Shown here piece by piece: positions 31,724-41,644 of a stretch of DNA of 64,000 nt. The position numbers were made by a program, and so were the translations under genes. The notes beneath the pieces were generated by a model. The model was not told where the DNA came from. It made no database searches and saw only the letters and a list, made by a program, of their open reading frames with translations. Source of the stretch: Parcubacteria bacterium C7867-005. GTDB taxonomy: Bacteria > Patescibacteriota > Minisyncoccia > Phycocordibacterales > Zambryskibacteraceae. Numbering within the stretch: the first letter of the stretch is position 1; each line of letters begins with the position of its first letter. The stretch lies in assembly GCA_001189165.1 (NCBI GenBank), contig LFCO01000003.1:50769-114768 (forward strand), written 5' to 3'.

Positions 31724-33643
31724 TCATTTAACAACCAGCTCGTCTCCTTGGACAAATGTCGGATCAGAGTTGATTCGTGTAGTGACTGAAGGAGCGTTCA
31801 CACTCATGCTCTCTGAGGTAAAGGCGTCTGTCCCAGAAAAAGAAATCCCCTGCACCAGGATTGGTGTCGTACCAATCTGACCGATGGATGGAGTCAGAGA
31901 GATTTTAAAAGAAATCTCTCTACCTGGAGCAGAAAACCCTGTGCCAGACAAAAGAGTAGTCGCCTGCCAAGTCACTATCCTGGTTGTCTCATCAAAAGTA
32001 ATGGTTTCTGTCTCTGGACTTGTTTCTCCGAGCCACTTCACATTTGAGCCAAGGGTCGCCACTACCTTCGGATTATAAACATCATTCCTTGTGTTACCGA
32101 GATTCATCGTGATGGTATAAGTCGTCTCTGCCTCTGCCTTTGGTGGAACAGGGCCAGTGTTTTGAAATGGCCCACGAGAGTATACAGCCTTAGCAGACAG
32201 AGCTACCTCTGAGGCAATCTTCACTGAATTGTTTTTGGTGGCTACCAGGTTTAGTGATGTGTCTCTGCTCTGCGGTTCTGCACTAAAATTACTGGTGAGG
32301 GTGATTTCAGAGTTTTTCTGGCTTCCGGAAGCTGATGGTAAAGAAGCAAAACTGAACAAAACTTCCCCCTCATCGCCCGGGCCAATAGTAGAAAGTTTAC
32401 TATTACTTGTCTTGTCCCAAGTTATTGTGTTGTCTACAGAATTATAGAACCCTCCGTTTTGAGCCTTCACAGAAAATTTGTCCAGAATATTACCAGCGAG
32501 TTTGACTTGAACTTTGGCATTCTGAATATTCGACGGTAGATTGTTTTTGTAAGACACGCTAGCTTGGATACTCTTGCCACCTGGAGCAACGTACGGATTC
32601 GAAGTATCTCCATTCAACCTCACAGAGAGACCCACTGACGATCGGTTTATAGAAACAGTTTCGGATAAAGCAGTTATGGGTGTGGTGAACTTTTCTGGAT
32701 TATCACTACTGCCAAGACCTGTATAAAACCTGAAAGTTCTTTCTTCTTCATTCTCTCCAGAGATAACGCCCTTGATCATCACTGTTCTTTTGTCTCCTGG
32801 GGCCAAGTCGCCCAGTGACCAGACATTGTTTGAGAGAACTGCTTTGGGCACAGACTCTACAACAGAATAACCGTATGGATATTCGCCCCTAACCAAAATA
32901 CCTTTGAGTATCTCGTTTGAATTAGATACAACAGAGATTGTGGTGGTGAAAACTTCTCCAGATGCTACCGAGGGACTCCTTTCTATGGTCATGGTCACCG
33001 GCGCTGAATTTATATTTACTTCATAAACCTTTTCTTTGGTAAAAGTTGCATTCGATCCTTTTACTTTATAGCTCAAAGATATGCGGATCTCTTTGACGTC
33101 TCCTTTTTGCCCGAACAGTATGGCCTTCTCATTTATAACTATCTCTCTTCCAGAAGATATCTCCTCTAATGGAAGTCTCTTGTCTTCCTGATTAATGTTT
33201 GAATCTTCTGCTGATCTACTACCCTCTGGATAATCTATAAACATGTTCACAGATGTAAGATCCGCGTTGTTTTTGTTCAAAATTGTTACCCCTAATTCTA
33301 TTGGGTCGCCTGCAGAAACAGACACTGGTCCAAGGATACTGATCTCCACATTTTTTGAAGAAACCAAATTACCTCCACCAAAATATACAAAAGCGGCCAG
33401 GCCTGTGGCTATCACAAAAAATATAACAGCAAAAATAAAGAATTTTCTCATAATGGGGTGGCCTTCTGTGTCTTTTTTTTGATGAAGGAGCATCTCATCG
33501 AGTTCCCTACCTTGCCAGTCTGGGGGGATATCGGTCGGTTCGTCTGGATTCATGTGCACTCGTGAATCACTCGGATCTTTGTATCTAGTGCGCGAGTAAA
33601 GAGATTCGTCGAGCGCACCAACCTTGCTCTTCTCTTCTTTCAT
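31724..33643 (-). CDS. Hypothetical membrane-anchored surface protein
   Basis: 639 aa; cytoplasmic N-terminus, one TM (FFIFAVIFFVIATGLAAFVYF), large Ser/Thr/Asn-rich extracellular region with repeated beta-rich segments. Confidence 0.5.
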   Translation of the reverse strand: MKEEKSKVGALDESLYSRTRYKDPSDSRVHMNPDEPTDIPPDWQGRELDEMLLHQKKDTEGHPIMRKFFIFAVIFFVIATGLAAFVYFGGGNLVSSKNVEISILGPVSVSAGDPIELGVTILNKNNADLTSVNMFIDYPEGSRSAEDSNINQEDKRLPLEEISSGREIVINEKAILFGQKGDVKEIRISLSYKVKGSNATFTKEKVYEVNINSAPVTMTIERSPSVASGEVFTTTISVVSNSNEILKGILVRGEYPYGYSVVESVPKAVLSNNVWSLGDLAPGDKRTVMIKGVISGENEEERTFRFYTGLGSSDNPEKFTTPITALSETVSINRSSVGLSVRLNGDTSNPYVAPGGKSIQASVSYKNNLPSNIQNAKVQVKLAGNILDKFSVKAQNGGFYNSVDNTITWDKTSNSKLSTIGPGDEGEVLFSFASLPSASGSQKNSEITLTSNFSAEPQSRDTSLNLVATKNNSVKIASEVALSAKAVYSRGPFQNTGPVPPKAEAETTYTITMNLGNTRNDVYNPKVVATLGSNVKWLGETSPETETITFDETTRIVTWQATTLLSGTGFSAPGREISFKISLTPSIGQIGTTPILVQGISFSGTDAFTSESMSVNAPSVTTRINSDPTFVQGDELVVK

Positions 33644-33659
33644 CAGGGTATTATAGCAT

Positions 33660-34253
33660 TTATACCAATCCGGTTGTCCTAATGCCCTGGTTAATAACTT
33701 CTATTATTTTCTTTTTATTTTTAATCACAATATCAGATAATTCTTTGTTGAATTCTCCTCTAATAACTTCTTTGGGAACATCTCGCTCTGCCAAATAACC
33801 CAAGTGGTACAAGATTCTCGACACTAGAACAATCTCTATGGCCAGGGCCGTATCTGAATCCTCGGTCAGGTTCGCTGAGGTTATAAAAATATCTTCTATG
33901 GCATCAAAGAGTTCTTTGTGCTTTTCTTCTCCTTGAACGAGTTTCTCGAGCAAGAAAAGTGCCTGAAACAAAGACTTGGCCAAATCTTTGTTGGTCTTCT
34001 GAAGTGGAGAGATGCTCTTTAGTAAAAATGAGCTGGTAACTCTCCAATTAGATTTTCCTTTGATCAAGGAGATACTAGAAAGTGAGAGCGGTTCAAGCCC
34101 AGCCCTTAGCTTCGAGTTTTCCTTGCGTGTACCAGATGCCCTGGCGAATATGACGCCCAAATCCCTAGACAAAATGGTGTACAAGCCATCAGCTTCCCTG
34201 ATTGGCAAAAGTGAGAGAACGATGCCCTTGGTCGTATAGATGTTATATGACAT
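33660..34253 (-). CDS. recO: DNA repair protein RecO (short form)
   Basis: 197 aa; N-terminal OB-fold pattern GIVLSLLPIREADGLYTILSRDLGVIFARASGTRK. Confidence 0.6.
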   Translation of the reverse strand: MSYNIYTTKGIVLSLLPIREADGLYTILSRDLGVIFARASGTRKENSKLRAGLEPLSLSSISLIKGKSNWRVTSSFLLKSISPLQKTNKDLAKSLFQALFLLEKLVQGEEKHKELFDAIEDIFITSANLTEDSDTALAIEIVLVSRILYHLGYLAERDVPKEVIRGEFNKELSDIVIKNKKKIIEVINQGIRTTGLV

Positions 34254-37200
34254 TAAGAAACTATCTCTATATTGGTGAGTCCCCTAATCTCTTTTTCAAA
34301 TTTATCAAAAACGTCTTCTTCACCTGACTGTATTTGATAATCCATCTTGTCGCTTGGTTTTAGATTTCTTTCTTTTCTCAAATCTTGGATAGTTCTGACC
34401 ACATCACGCATTCTGCCTTCGAGTATGAGCTCTGGAGTAAGCTCTGTATCGAGTTCAACTCCATCTATATCCTTATTAGAGACGGATTTTACATTAACCT
34501 CTTCTTGGACTATGTCCCCGTAGGCCCCCCCTAATCTGACAAACAAAGAAGAGAGTGGTTGCCTGACCTTGATATTAGCCTTGGACCTGGCCTCTAATGC
34601 TTGGGTGACGATCTTCCTGGTCTCTTGCATATTATCCAAAACCTTAGGGTCGATCTCTCCTGCTTCTGGCCACTTATCCAGATGCACGCTCTCTGGGTCG
34701 GCTTCTAAACGCAACTTCTGATACAGATCTTCTGCAAAAAATGGAGCGAAAGGAGCAAGAAGTTTGGAAATTGTTTTCAAAACAAAATATAGATTTTGCT
34801 TGGATTCTTTATCTCCTTCTTTTAACCTATCCCTCGACCTACGCAAATACCAAGTAGACAAGTCGTCCACAAAATCCCTGAGTGCCCTGGTTGGTTCAAG
34901 TAACTTATAGGCGTCGAGCTTGCCTGTCATATCTCCTACGAGCTGATTCAGTCTGGAGAGAATCCATGTGTCGAGGGGATTATCGTTTAAAGCCGGAGCA
35001 TTCTTCTCTTCTCCTCTGTCTCTATAAAGTTCATAAAAGGTATGAATATTATCAAGAAGATTAAAAATCCTTTTAGAAACTTCATCTACAGAACGCTCAT
35101 CGAATCTCTTGGACTCCCCAGGTTGGTTCACTGAGTACATCCACATGCGCAAAGTATCAACACCATATTTATCCATCATCTCCCAAGGATCAACCACATT
35201 GCCTATCGACTTGGACATTTTCTTGCCATCTTTATCCAGAATATGTCCGAGGCAAATAACATTTTTATATGCGAGTCCCCTGTCCATGAGTACACCGATA
35301 GCATGTAGAGTGTAAAACCAACCCCTTGTTTGATCTATCGCTTCAGAAATAAAATCTGCTGGATACAGGACGTCCTTAAAATCTCCAGGGTTAACTCTGT
35401 CTAAGGCGTCTTGAGCAAATGGCACAGCCCCAGAATCGAACCATACGTCCATCACCTCTTTTACTCTCCTCATCTCTTTGCCCTCATCGCTTATCAAAAT
35501 GCATTCATCTATATAAGGTTTGTGTAGATCAACCGCAAAATTCTTGTCATGTGGCATCGGGGCAAAAGGTAAATTCCTAACCTCTGCGTTACTGAAGCGC
35601 ACAAAGTCGCTCACATAAGCGTGTGTGTTGGGCATCTTGTATTCTTTATTTTCAGGAAGATAGAGCCCGGATGTAACGTATAGAAGCCAGGCTGGACCAC
35701 CATGTGTAACGATAAGAATATTTTTATCCTTATATTTTTCTTCTATCTCATATATGAATTCACCCATCCTCCTGCGTACATCCGAGAGTGATTCTCCGCC
35801 AGGCATAGTCTGAGTGAACCAGTCACGGCCCGAAGAATACATCACCTGATGATATTCATTCCAATCTTTACCATCAAACTCGCCTGGGTCTATTTCTTGG
35901 ATTCTCTTATCTAGGACAATATTCTCTTTCGAATAACCCAGAACATCTGCGACAATGTTAGCTGTCTCCTGCGTACGAGTGAACGGCGAAGAGATAATGA
36001 GATCTATCTTCTCGGTCTTCAGTCTATTAGCAGAATCAAGTGCTTGGGCCTTACCCTCTTCGGTCAGGTGGTCATCAGCTTGTTTCTTAAAACTGACCAC
36101 CTCTTTCTTATTTCCTTCTGTACCACCGTGCCTCATCACCAAATACTTGTTCCCTGATTTTTTGATCCTCTGCCTCAATGTTTCTATAGAATCCACGACA
36201 AATCTCTCTTTCCCATCTTCTGTCTGCCAGATAGGAAGTGGTGTACCCCAATACCTCTCTCTAGAAATCGCCCAATCTTTGACTTCTCTGAGCCATTCAC
36301 CAAATCGTCCGTCTTTGGTGTGTTCGGGTTCCCAATTTATCTTTTGGTTTTCACTCACAAGCTTATCTCTAAGCTCGGACATGCGGATGTACCAAGAGTC
36401 TCTGGCGTAGTAAATCAATCTGGTTTTACATCTCCAACAAAACGGATACGAGTGTGTGTAGTTTTCTTTCTTGAAAAGTAGATTTCTGTTTTGTAAATCT
36501 TTTAAAATATCTACAGAGATATTCTCATCTACAACTGATTTACCCTCTAACCAATCAGTTCCTTTTACAAAAGTTCCATCAGGTGTAACCAGATGTTCTT
36601 TGGGTAAACCGACCTTGGTGCCCAGGTCAAAGTCTTCTTGTCCATACATGACTGCGGTATGCACGATACCTGTACCATCTTCTGTGGTGACAAAATCTGC
36701 GGTATAAACTTTGTGGACCTTGTCTGACTTATCTTTGAGGAATGGGTACGGAGGCTCATAACCCATACCAACCATTTCTTTTCCTTTGTGTTCTGCGATT
36801 ATTTCATATGGTCCATCTATTATGGACAGTCTCTCTTTGGCCAAGACGAGAATCTCCTCACCGACTTTCACCTCCACATAAATTATGTCTTCACCGACGG
36901 CAAGTGCGAGATTCCCCGGCAGGGTCCAGGGGGTGGTAGTCCAAGCCAAGAAATAAGCGTTTGGAAAACCGATAATTTTAAATTTGGCATAAATAGAAAG
37001 ATCTTTGACATCCTTATACCCCTGTGCGAGTTCATGAGAAGACAGCGCAGTACCACAACGAGGACACCACGGGACTACTTTGTAATCTTTATATAAAAGC
37101 CCTTTCTTTTCTACATGAGAGAGTATGGACCAGATCGATTCAATAAATGGGTTATGAAAAGTAAAATATGCATGACTTTGATCAGCCCAGTAACCAATAC

Positions 37201-37609
37201 GATCGGTAAACCTCCCCCATTCATCTATATACCTCAGGACGCTCTTCTTACATTCAGCATTAAATTTATCTATACCAAAGTTTTCTATTTCTTTTTTAGA
37301 TTTTAAACCCAAATTTTTCTCCGCTTCTATCTCCACAGGAAGACCGTGTGTATCCCAGCCCGCTTTTCTGCGAACATGAAAACCCTGCATTGTCTTGTAT
37401 CTGGGTATCGCATCTTTGAATGAACGGGCCTCTACGTGGTGTATAGCTGGGAGACCGTTCGCTGTTGGCGGTCCCTCATAAAATACAAAGTCACCCTTTG
37501 GAGATTCTTTCTCCAGGGTTTTCTCAAAAATCTTGTTCTTTTTCCAAAATTCAAGGACTTTTTCCTCTCGTTCTGCTCTTTGGGATTTGGGCCCTTTATC
37601 TTCAGGCAT
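34253..37609 (-). CDS. ileS: Isoleucyl-tRNA synthetase with an inserted histidine-phosphatase-like domain
   Basis: 1118 aa; class I catalytic core, CP1 editing domain, KMSKS (KMSKSIGNVVDP), WCPRCGT zinc motif. Between PLPIW (aa about 460) and DVWFDSG (aa about 721) there are about 260 aa instead of the usual about 65, containing RHGGTE ... IVTHGGP (histidine phosphatase RHG/His motifs). Confidence 0.9.
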   Translation of the reverse strand: MPEDKGPKSQRAEREEKVLEFWKKNKIFEKTLEKESPKGDFVFYEGPPTANGLPAIHHVEARSFKDAIPRYKTMQGFHVRRKAGWDTHGLPVEIEAEKNLGLKSKKEIENFGIDKFNAECKKSVLRYIDEWGRFTDRIGYWADQSHAYFTFHNPFIESIWSILSHVEKKGLLYKDYKVVPWCPRCGTALSSHELAQGYKDVKDLSIYAKFKIIGFPNAYFLAWTTTPWTLPGNLALAVGEDIIYVEVKVGEEILVLAKERLSIIDGPYEIIAEHKGKEMVGMGYEPPYPFLKDKSDKVHKVYTADFVTTEDGTGIVHTAVMYGQEDFDLGTKVGLPKEHLVTPDGTFVKGTDWLEGKSVVDENISVDILKDLQNRNLLFKKENYTHSYPFCWRCKTRLIYYARDSWYIRMSELRDKLVSENQKINWEPEHTKDGRFGEWLREVKDWAISRERYWGTPLPIWQTEDGKERFVVDSIETLRQRIKKSGNKYLVMRHGGTEGNKKEVVSFKKQADDHLTEEGKAQALDSANRLKTEKIDLIISSPFTRTQETANIVADVLGYSKENIVLDKRIQEIDPGEFDGKDWNEYHQVMYSSGRDWFTQTMPGGESLSDVRRRMGEFIYEIEEKYKDKNILIVTHGGPAWLLYVTSGLYLPENKEYKMPNTHAYVSDFVRFSNAEVRNLPFAPMPHDKNFAVDLHKPYIDECILISDEGKEMRRVKEVMDVWFDSGAVPFAQDALDRVNPGDFKDVLYPADFISEAIDQTRGWFYTLHAIGVLMDRGLAYKNVICLGHILDKDGKKMSKSIGNVVDPWEMMDKYGVDTLRMWMYSVNQPGESKRFDERSVDEVSKRIFNLLDNIHTFYELYRDRGEEKNAPALNDNPLDTWILSRLNQLVGDMTGKLDAYKLLEPTRALRDFVDDLSTWYLRRSRDRLKEGDKESKQNLYFVLKTISKLLAPFAPFFAEDLYQKLRLEADPESVHLDKWPEAGEIDPKVLDNMQETRKIVTQALEARSKANIKVRQPLSSLFVRLGGAYGDIVQEEVNVKSVSNKDIDGVELDTELTPELILEGRMRDVVRTIQDLRKERNLKPSDKMDYQIQSGEEDVFDKFEKEIRGLTNIEIVS

Positions 37610-37680
37610 TGTCAGACTACTCTAACATTTTTAAAAATTTTAAAAAAGAAGAGGACCCGCGAGGGTCCTTGTTGTTTATC

Positions 37681-38250
37681 TCACCCATTCTGGGTCATCG
37701 AAATCCATCTCCGGTGACCGCCGAGCACCTGAGCCACGACATGTTTCTTGTCGTGCTTGGACGTGTCGATGACGAGGTCGAAAGCATCCTGCTCCCAGAT
37801 CGAACCGGGATACAAATCTCGATACCTCAACTCATCGTCATCATCCCGTTTCAGGATGGCGGCGAGGACCTCGTCGAGAGACTTGCCGGGGTAATCAAGT
37901 ATCCGTCTCGTCGCCCGAACACCCGGAGGGCACACCAGGAGGATCTTGAAGGCATGTGGCATGAAGAAATGCGGCAGACGCCCATCGCAGACCACGTAGT
38001 CGTGCTCTGCGAATTTCTGGATCATCATGTCGCACACCAGGTCATGCCCATCTTCTGGGTGCTTACGGTTATGCTCTGCGAAAGCCTCGATGCTCGGAAA
38101 GCCGAGCTCTTCGGCCTTGGCCCGCATGATCGAACCACCACTGACGAAACGATATGGGAGCCTCACGAACCGCTCCCTCAGGGCGGAGACGAGGGAGGTC
38201 GATCCTACTCCAGACTGGCCGGTGATGGAGAACTGATTCAGGTGGCGCAA
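37681..38250 (-). CDS. P-loop nucleoside monophosphate kinase, cytidylate-kinase-2-like; GC-rich
   Basis: 189 aa; P-loop ITGQSGVGSTSL, family-2 cytidylate kinase-like layout; about 57% GC versus about 40% background. Confidence 0.45.
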   Translation of the reverse strand: MRHLNQFSITGQSGVGSTSLVSALRERFVRLPYRFVSGGSIMRAKAEELGFPSIEAFAEHNRKHPEDGHDLVCDMMIQKFAEHDYVVCDGRLPHFFMPHAFKILLVCPPGVRATRRILDYPGKSLDEVLAAILKRDDDDELRYRDLYPGSIWEQDAFDLVIDTSKHDKKHVVAQVLGGHRRWISMTQNG

Positions 38251-38320
38251 GGCTGTATCCTCGGTCGAGTGGTTGTCTACTGTCTGAGGGTAGACTAGAT
38301 CAAAAAAACCGTCTTGTAAA

Positions 38321-40105
38321 CTACATCCTTTCAGGAGTTGGGATACCGAGTATGGTCAGACCATTCTTCATCACTGTATTAAATGCTTTGGTGACAGCGA
38401 TGAGGTATGCGGATTCTGGTTTATCAGAAAGGATCTGTTCTCTGGCATACAGGCTGTTGAAACTCCCTGCAAGTTGAGTCAGATAAGTGGTGATGTGGCT
38501 CGGTGCGAATTCATCCATCGCATTCTCTACTACTTCTGGAAATCTGTAGAGAAGTTTCTCTATCTCATAGTTTTCTTCTATCTTGATATTTGTATCGGCG
38601 GATTTATCTGCTTTTTCCAATATGGAGTTAGTTCGTGCATAAGCATATTGGAGATAGACACCAGAATCTCCTTCGGTAGAAACAGATTTTTCCAAATCAA
38701 AAATAATATCATTCCCTATCGACTGCCTGAGGATCATATATTTGATCGCTCCTATGGCCACCTCCTCTTGGGCGATGTCTCCTTTATCTGAGATAATTTT
38801 CTTAACATCTTCAATCAAATCTTCTGCGGTGATAATCGTCCCAGTTCTAGACGACATCTTTCCGGAGGGTAGCTTTAGGACACCATGAGATAAGTGCCTC
38901 AGCTTGCCATTTAATTCTGGGAAGATTTGGCTAATCGCCACTTCCACAACATTGAAGAAAGCATCCTGCTCATTCGCAGTTATGGTTATGGATTCGTCGT
39001 ATACAAATTTATTCTTTTTAATTTTAGCCAAACCGACTTCCTTAGCCTCATACGTTGGCAACTTTTCTGAGTTTAAAAAGACTCTAGTATGTAGACCGAA
39101 TTTTTCACCTTTAAAAATGATTGCTCCCTCGCTTTCTTCAAAGACCTCGCCCGCGTTTTCTAAAACTAATTTCTTTCCTATTTCCCCAGCTTCGCTCTCA
39201 TAAAAGTGGCCAGCAAATTCGCTACCTAGCCTTTTGTACATAAGCTCAAAATCATCTAGAGAATTTTGTCTGCCGGATTCATACAGAGCGTTAACCTTGC
39301 TATCTGATTTATCATAAATCTTTTTGTTGATCTCTATTATTTCTTTTTTAGCATTTTCATCATCTTCATAAGATTTGTGTCCGAAAGCATAAGCTCCAGT
39401 AAAGTCACCTGATTGTTTTAGTGCCCCCCATATAGCCTTGGCGACATGGAGTCCGACATCGCCGTGATAGGTAACGGTTTTTACATTTGCCCCATTTGCC
39501 TTGATCATCCCAGCCACAGATTCGCCGATGATATTGTTCATCATGTGACCAATATGAAATTCTTTGAATGGGTTTGGCTGTGTATGTTCAACCAAGAACT
39601 TTTTATCTTCCAGATTAGAATTTTGACCAAAATTATCTCCGGCATCAATGATCTGTTTGAGTGAGTTTAAAAAGAATTTTTTGGAGAGATAGAAATTGAT
39701 AAACCCAGGGCCGGCGATTTCTACCCTCTCTATGTCATCTGTCTTGTTTTTATCCAAATATTCAAATATCTCTTGTGCACGGGTACGACGCTTGATCCCC
39801 ACATTTGTAGAATAATCCCCCATTTTTAGGTCCGCGGGGTGCTCCACCACAAAGTCCGTATCCTGTATATCGAGCCCCCTTAAGGCCTCTTTTATCAGTA
39901 TTTCTATAGTATTTTTCACCTCCTCATGATACCCGAAAGGAGGGTGGATAGAAATATGTAAAGAAACCTGCTCGTTAGAGCAGGTTGTACAGCTAAGCCA
40001 GGAGCTTGTCGAGAGTCGTTCGGAAATCCTCCCAGACTTCTTCAATATCACGACTCGCGTCGATCTGGATGACTCGGGCGAATTCAGAGAACTCACCGTA
40101 GCCAC
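38321..40105 (-). CDS. argS: Arginyl-tRNA synthetase (annotated ORF is 5'-extended; true start probably near 39950)
   Basis: ArgRS N-terminal add-1-like domain, catalytic core, DALR anticodon-binding C-terminus. The first about 50 codons of the track ORF overlap tmk and its terminator hairpin and are probably not translated. Confidence 0.8.
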   Translation of the reverse strand: MATVSSLNSPESSRSTRVVILKKSGRISERLSTSSWLSCTTCSNEQVSLHISIHPPFGYHEEVKNTIEILIKEALRGLDIQDTDFVVEHPADLKMGDYSTNVGIKRRTRAQEIFEYLDKNKTDDIERVEIAGPGFINFYLSKKFFLNSLKQIIDAGDNFGQNSNLEDKKFLVEHTQPNPFKEFHIGHMMNNIIGESVAGMIKANGANVKTVTYHGDVGLHVAKAIWGALKQSGDFTGAYAFGHKSYEDDENAKKEIIEINKKIYDKSDSKVNALYESGRQNSLDDFELMYKRLGSEFAGHFYESEAGEIGKKLVLENAGEVFEESEGAIIFKGEKFGLHTRVFLNSEKLPTYEAKEVGLAKIKKNKFVYDESITITANEQDAFFNVVEVAISQIFPELNGKLRHLSHGVLKLPSGKMSSRTGTIITAEDLIEDVKKIISDKGDIAQEEVAIGAIKYMILRQSIGNDIIFDLEKSVSTEGDSGVYLQYAYARTNSILEKADKSADTNIKIEENYEIEKLLYRFPEVVENAMDEFAPSHITTYLTQLAGSFNSLYAREQILSDKPESAYLIAVTKAFNTVMKNGLTILGIPTPERM

Positions 40106-40613
40106 GACGCACCCTCTTGTGGAACTCGAGGTCCTTATCGTCGAAGGAGTTCGTATCCGTCGACCGACGCTTCCTCCCCAGACCGATCTCCGGATCTATA
40201 TCCAGATAGACGTATATCGGGGCGACGACACCACTCATCATCTCCTCTCTCACCACTCGGAAAAGCGAGATGAGGCCGTGATGCTCTTCGCCCCAGATCT
40301 GGTAAGCGAAGGTTGAAGCATCAAAACGATCCGAGACAACATTCGCACCACGGAGAAGCGCGGGCATGATCTTCGTTTTGAGGTGATCGGCTCTCGCGGC
40401 CCAGAAGAGATGGAACTGTGCCTCTGCTGATAGATCCTTTCCTCTCTCCGAGAACAAGAGGCCCCTAATCTCCTCGGCGATCGGGGTACCACCTGGCTCT
40501 CTGGTAACAACCAGTTCAGCCCCCCCGCCGGCGTACTTTTCGTAACGCTTGAGGTGGGTGCTTTTGCCTGAACCCTCTCCGCCTTCGACCACCACAAATG
40601 ATCCACGTCGCAT
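39993..40613 (-). CDS. tmk: Thymidylate kinase
   Basis: 206 aa; P-loop VVVEGGEGSGKST, TREPGGT motif, LID region; GC-rich. Confidence 0.85.
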   Translation of the reverse strand: MRRGSFVVVEGGEGSGKSTHLKRYEKYAGGGAELVVTREPGGTPIAEEIRGLLFSERGKDLSAEAQFHLFWAARADHLKTKIMPALLRGANVVSDRFDASTFAYQIWGEEHHGLISLFRVVREEMMSGVVAPIYVYLDIDPEIGLGRKRRSTDTNSFDDKDLEFHKRVRRGYGEFSEFARVIQIDASRDIEEVWEDFRTTLDKLLA

Positions 40614-40703
40614 AAAACCCCCGCCTAGGTTTGTTTTCCAAAAACAGTCTATAAACAGAGTAGACCTCCTCCACTAAAAGGTAAACTTGACTCGCCCTCC
40701 AAT

Positions 40704-41579
40704 ATGTTTAGTATGGGCACCGGAAGCAACGCCCTTTACCACCTCAGCAGGAGTATCAAGATGCCGAATGTGCCCATCAGGATCTTCAACATCGCGAGTA
40801 CCCAGGTGGATCGCGAGGAAGTTCGCAAGTGGCTCGATTTCATCGGGGCAGAAGGATACGAGATCCCCGAAGATGGTGCGGTCACCAACCCCGCATTGCT
40901 CATCGCTCTCGCTGGTCGTCGATGCTACAAGAGCTTCGTGCCGGGTCTCAACCCGAACGTCACGAAGATCCGCAAGGACATGGCGGACTACATCGACAAC
41001 ATCCTCGCGTCGGGCCATGGCTCAGTGCTCGAACACTCGGTCTACACCTTCGCGATCGAGAACGTGAGCCGAGTCTTCACCGGGGAGATGAATCGTCACC
41101 GTGCTGGATGGGCCATCTCGGAAGGTAGCATGCGCTACATCCGATTCACCGACATCGATTGGTGGATGCCGACTTCTCTCCAGGATTCCCCAGATGATTC
41201 GGTGGAGCTTCGGCTTCGCAAGCAACAGAGTCGAGACATCTTCACGGCGGCGTTCAAGATGCAAAGCCAGGCCTACTCGAGCTTGCTCGAGGTCTGGGAC
41301 ATCCCCGAAGGCCATCATGATTTCCACTACAAGAAGGTCGTGACTTCCTGCCTGCGTCGCATCGTCGGCATGGGTGTCGCCACAGGAGGAATCTGGACCG
41401 GCAACATCCGAGCCATCCGCCACGTCATCACCATGAGGGCTGATTCGGCGGCCGAGGAGGAGATCTTCTATGTCTTCTCAAACATCCTCAAGATGATGGC
41501 GGAGAAGGAGCCCATGCTCTTCGGTGACTTCAAGCAGAACGAGAGTGGCTCTTGGGTGCCTGAATACAGGAAGGTGTGA
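40704..41579 (+). CDS. thyX: Flavin-dependent thymidylate synthase ThyX
   Basis: 291 aa; ThyX signature RHRxxxxxxSxRY (NRHRAGWAISEGSMRYI); GC-rich. Confidence 0.85.
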   Translation: MFSMGTGSNALYHLSRSIKMPNVPIRIFNIASTQVDREEVRKWLDFIGAEGYEIPEDGAVTNPALLIALAGRRCYKSFVPGLNPNVTKIRKDMADYIDNILASGHGSVLEHSVYTFAIENVSRVFTGEMNRHRAGWAISEGSMRYIRFTDIDWWMPTSLQDSPDDSVELRLRKQQSRDIFTAAFKMQSQAYSSLLEVWDIPEGHHDFHYKKVVTSCLRRIVGMGVATGGIWTGNIRAIRHVITMRADSAAEEEIFYVFSNILKMMAEKEPMLFGDFKQNESGSWVPEYRKV

Positions 41580-41644
41580 CCAAACCCCATGACGTAGCGC
41601 GTCGTGGGGTTCTTAATTTATTTTTAATTTGTTATATTTACTAA

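Noticed and set aside
39950-40105. N-terminal about 50 codons of the argS track ORF (MATVSSLNSPESSRST...)
   Set aside because: Overlaps the tmk coding region and its downstream terminator hairpin; Ser/Thr/Arg-rich read-through unlike ArgRS N-termini; true start likely near 39950 with a non-ATG or unannotated start.
40674-41423. Several overlapping 80-133-aa ORFs on both strands within thyX
   Set aside because: Alternative frames of a GC-rich gene; thyX frame carries the RHRxxxxxxSxRY signature, the others have no support.
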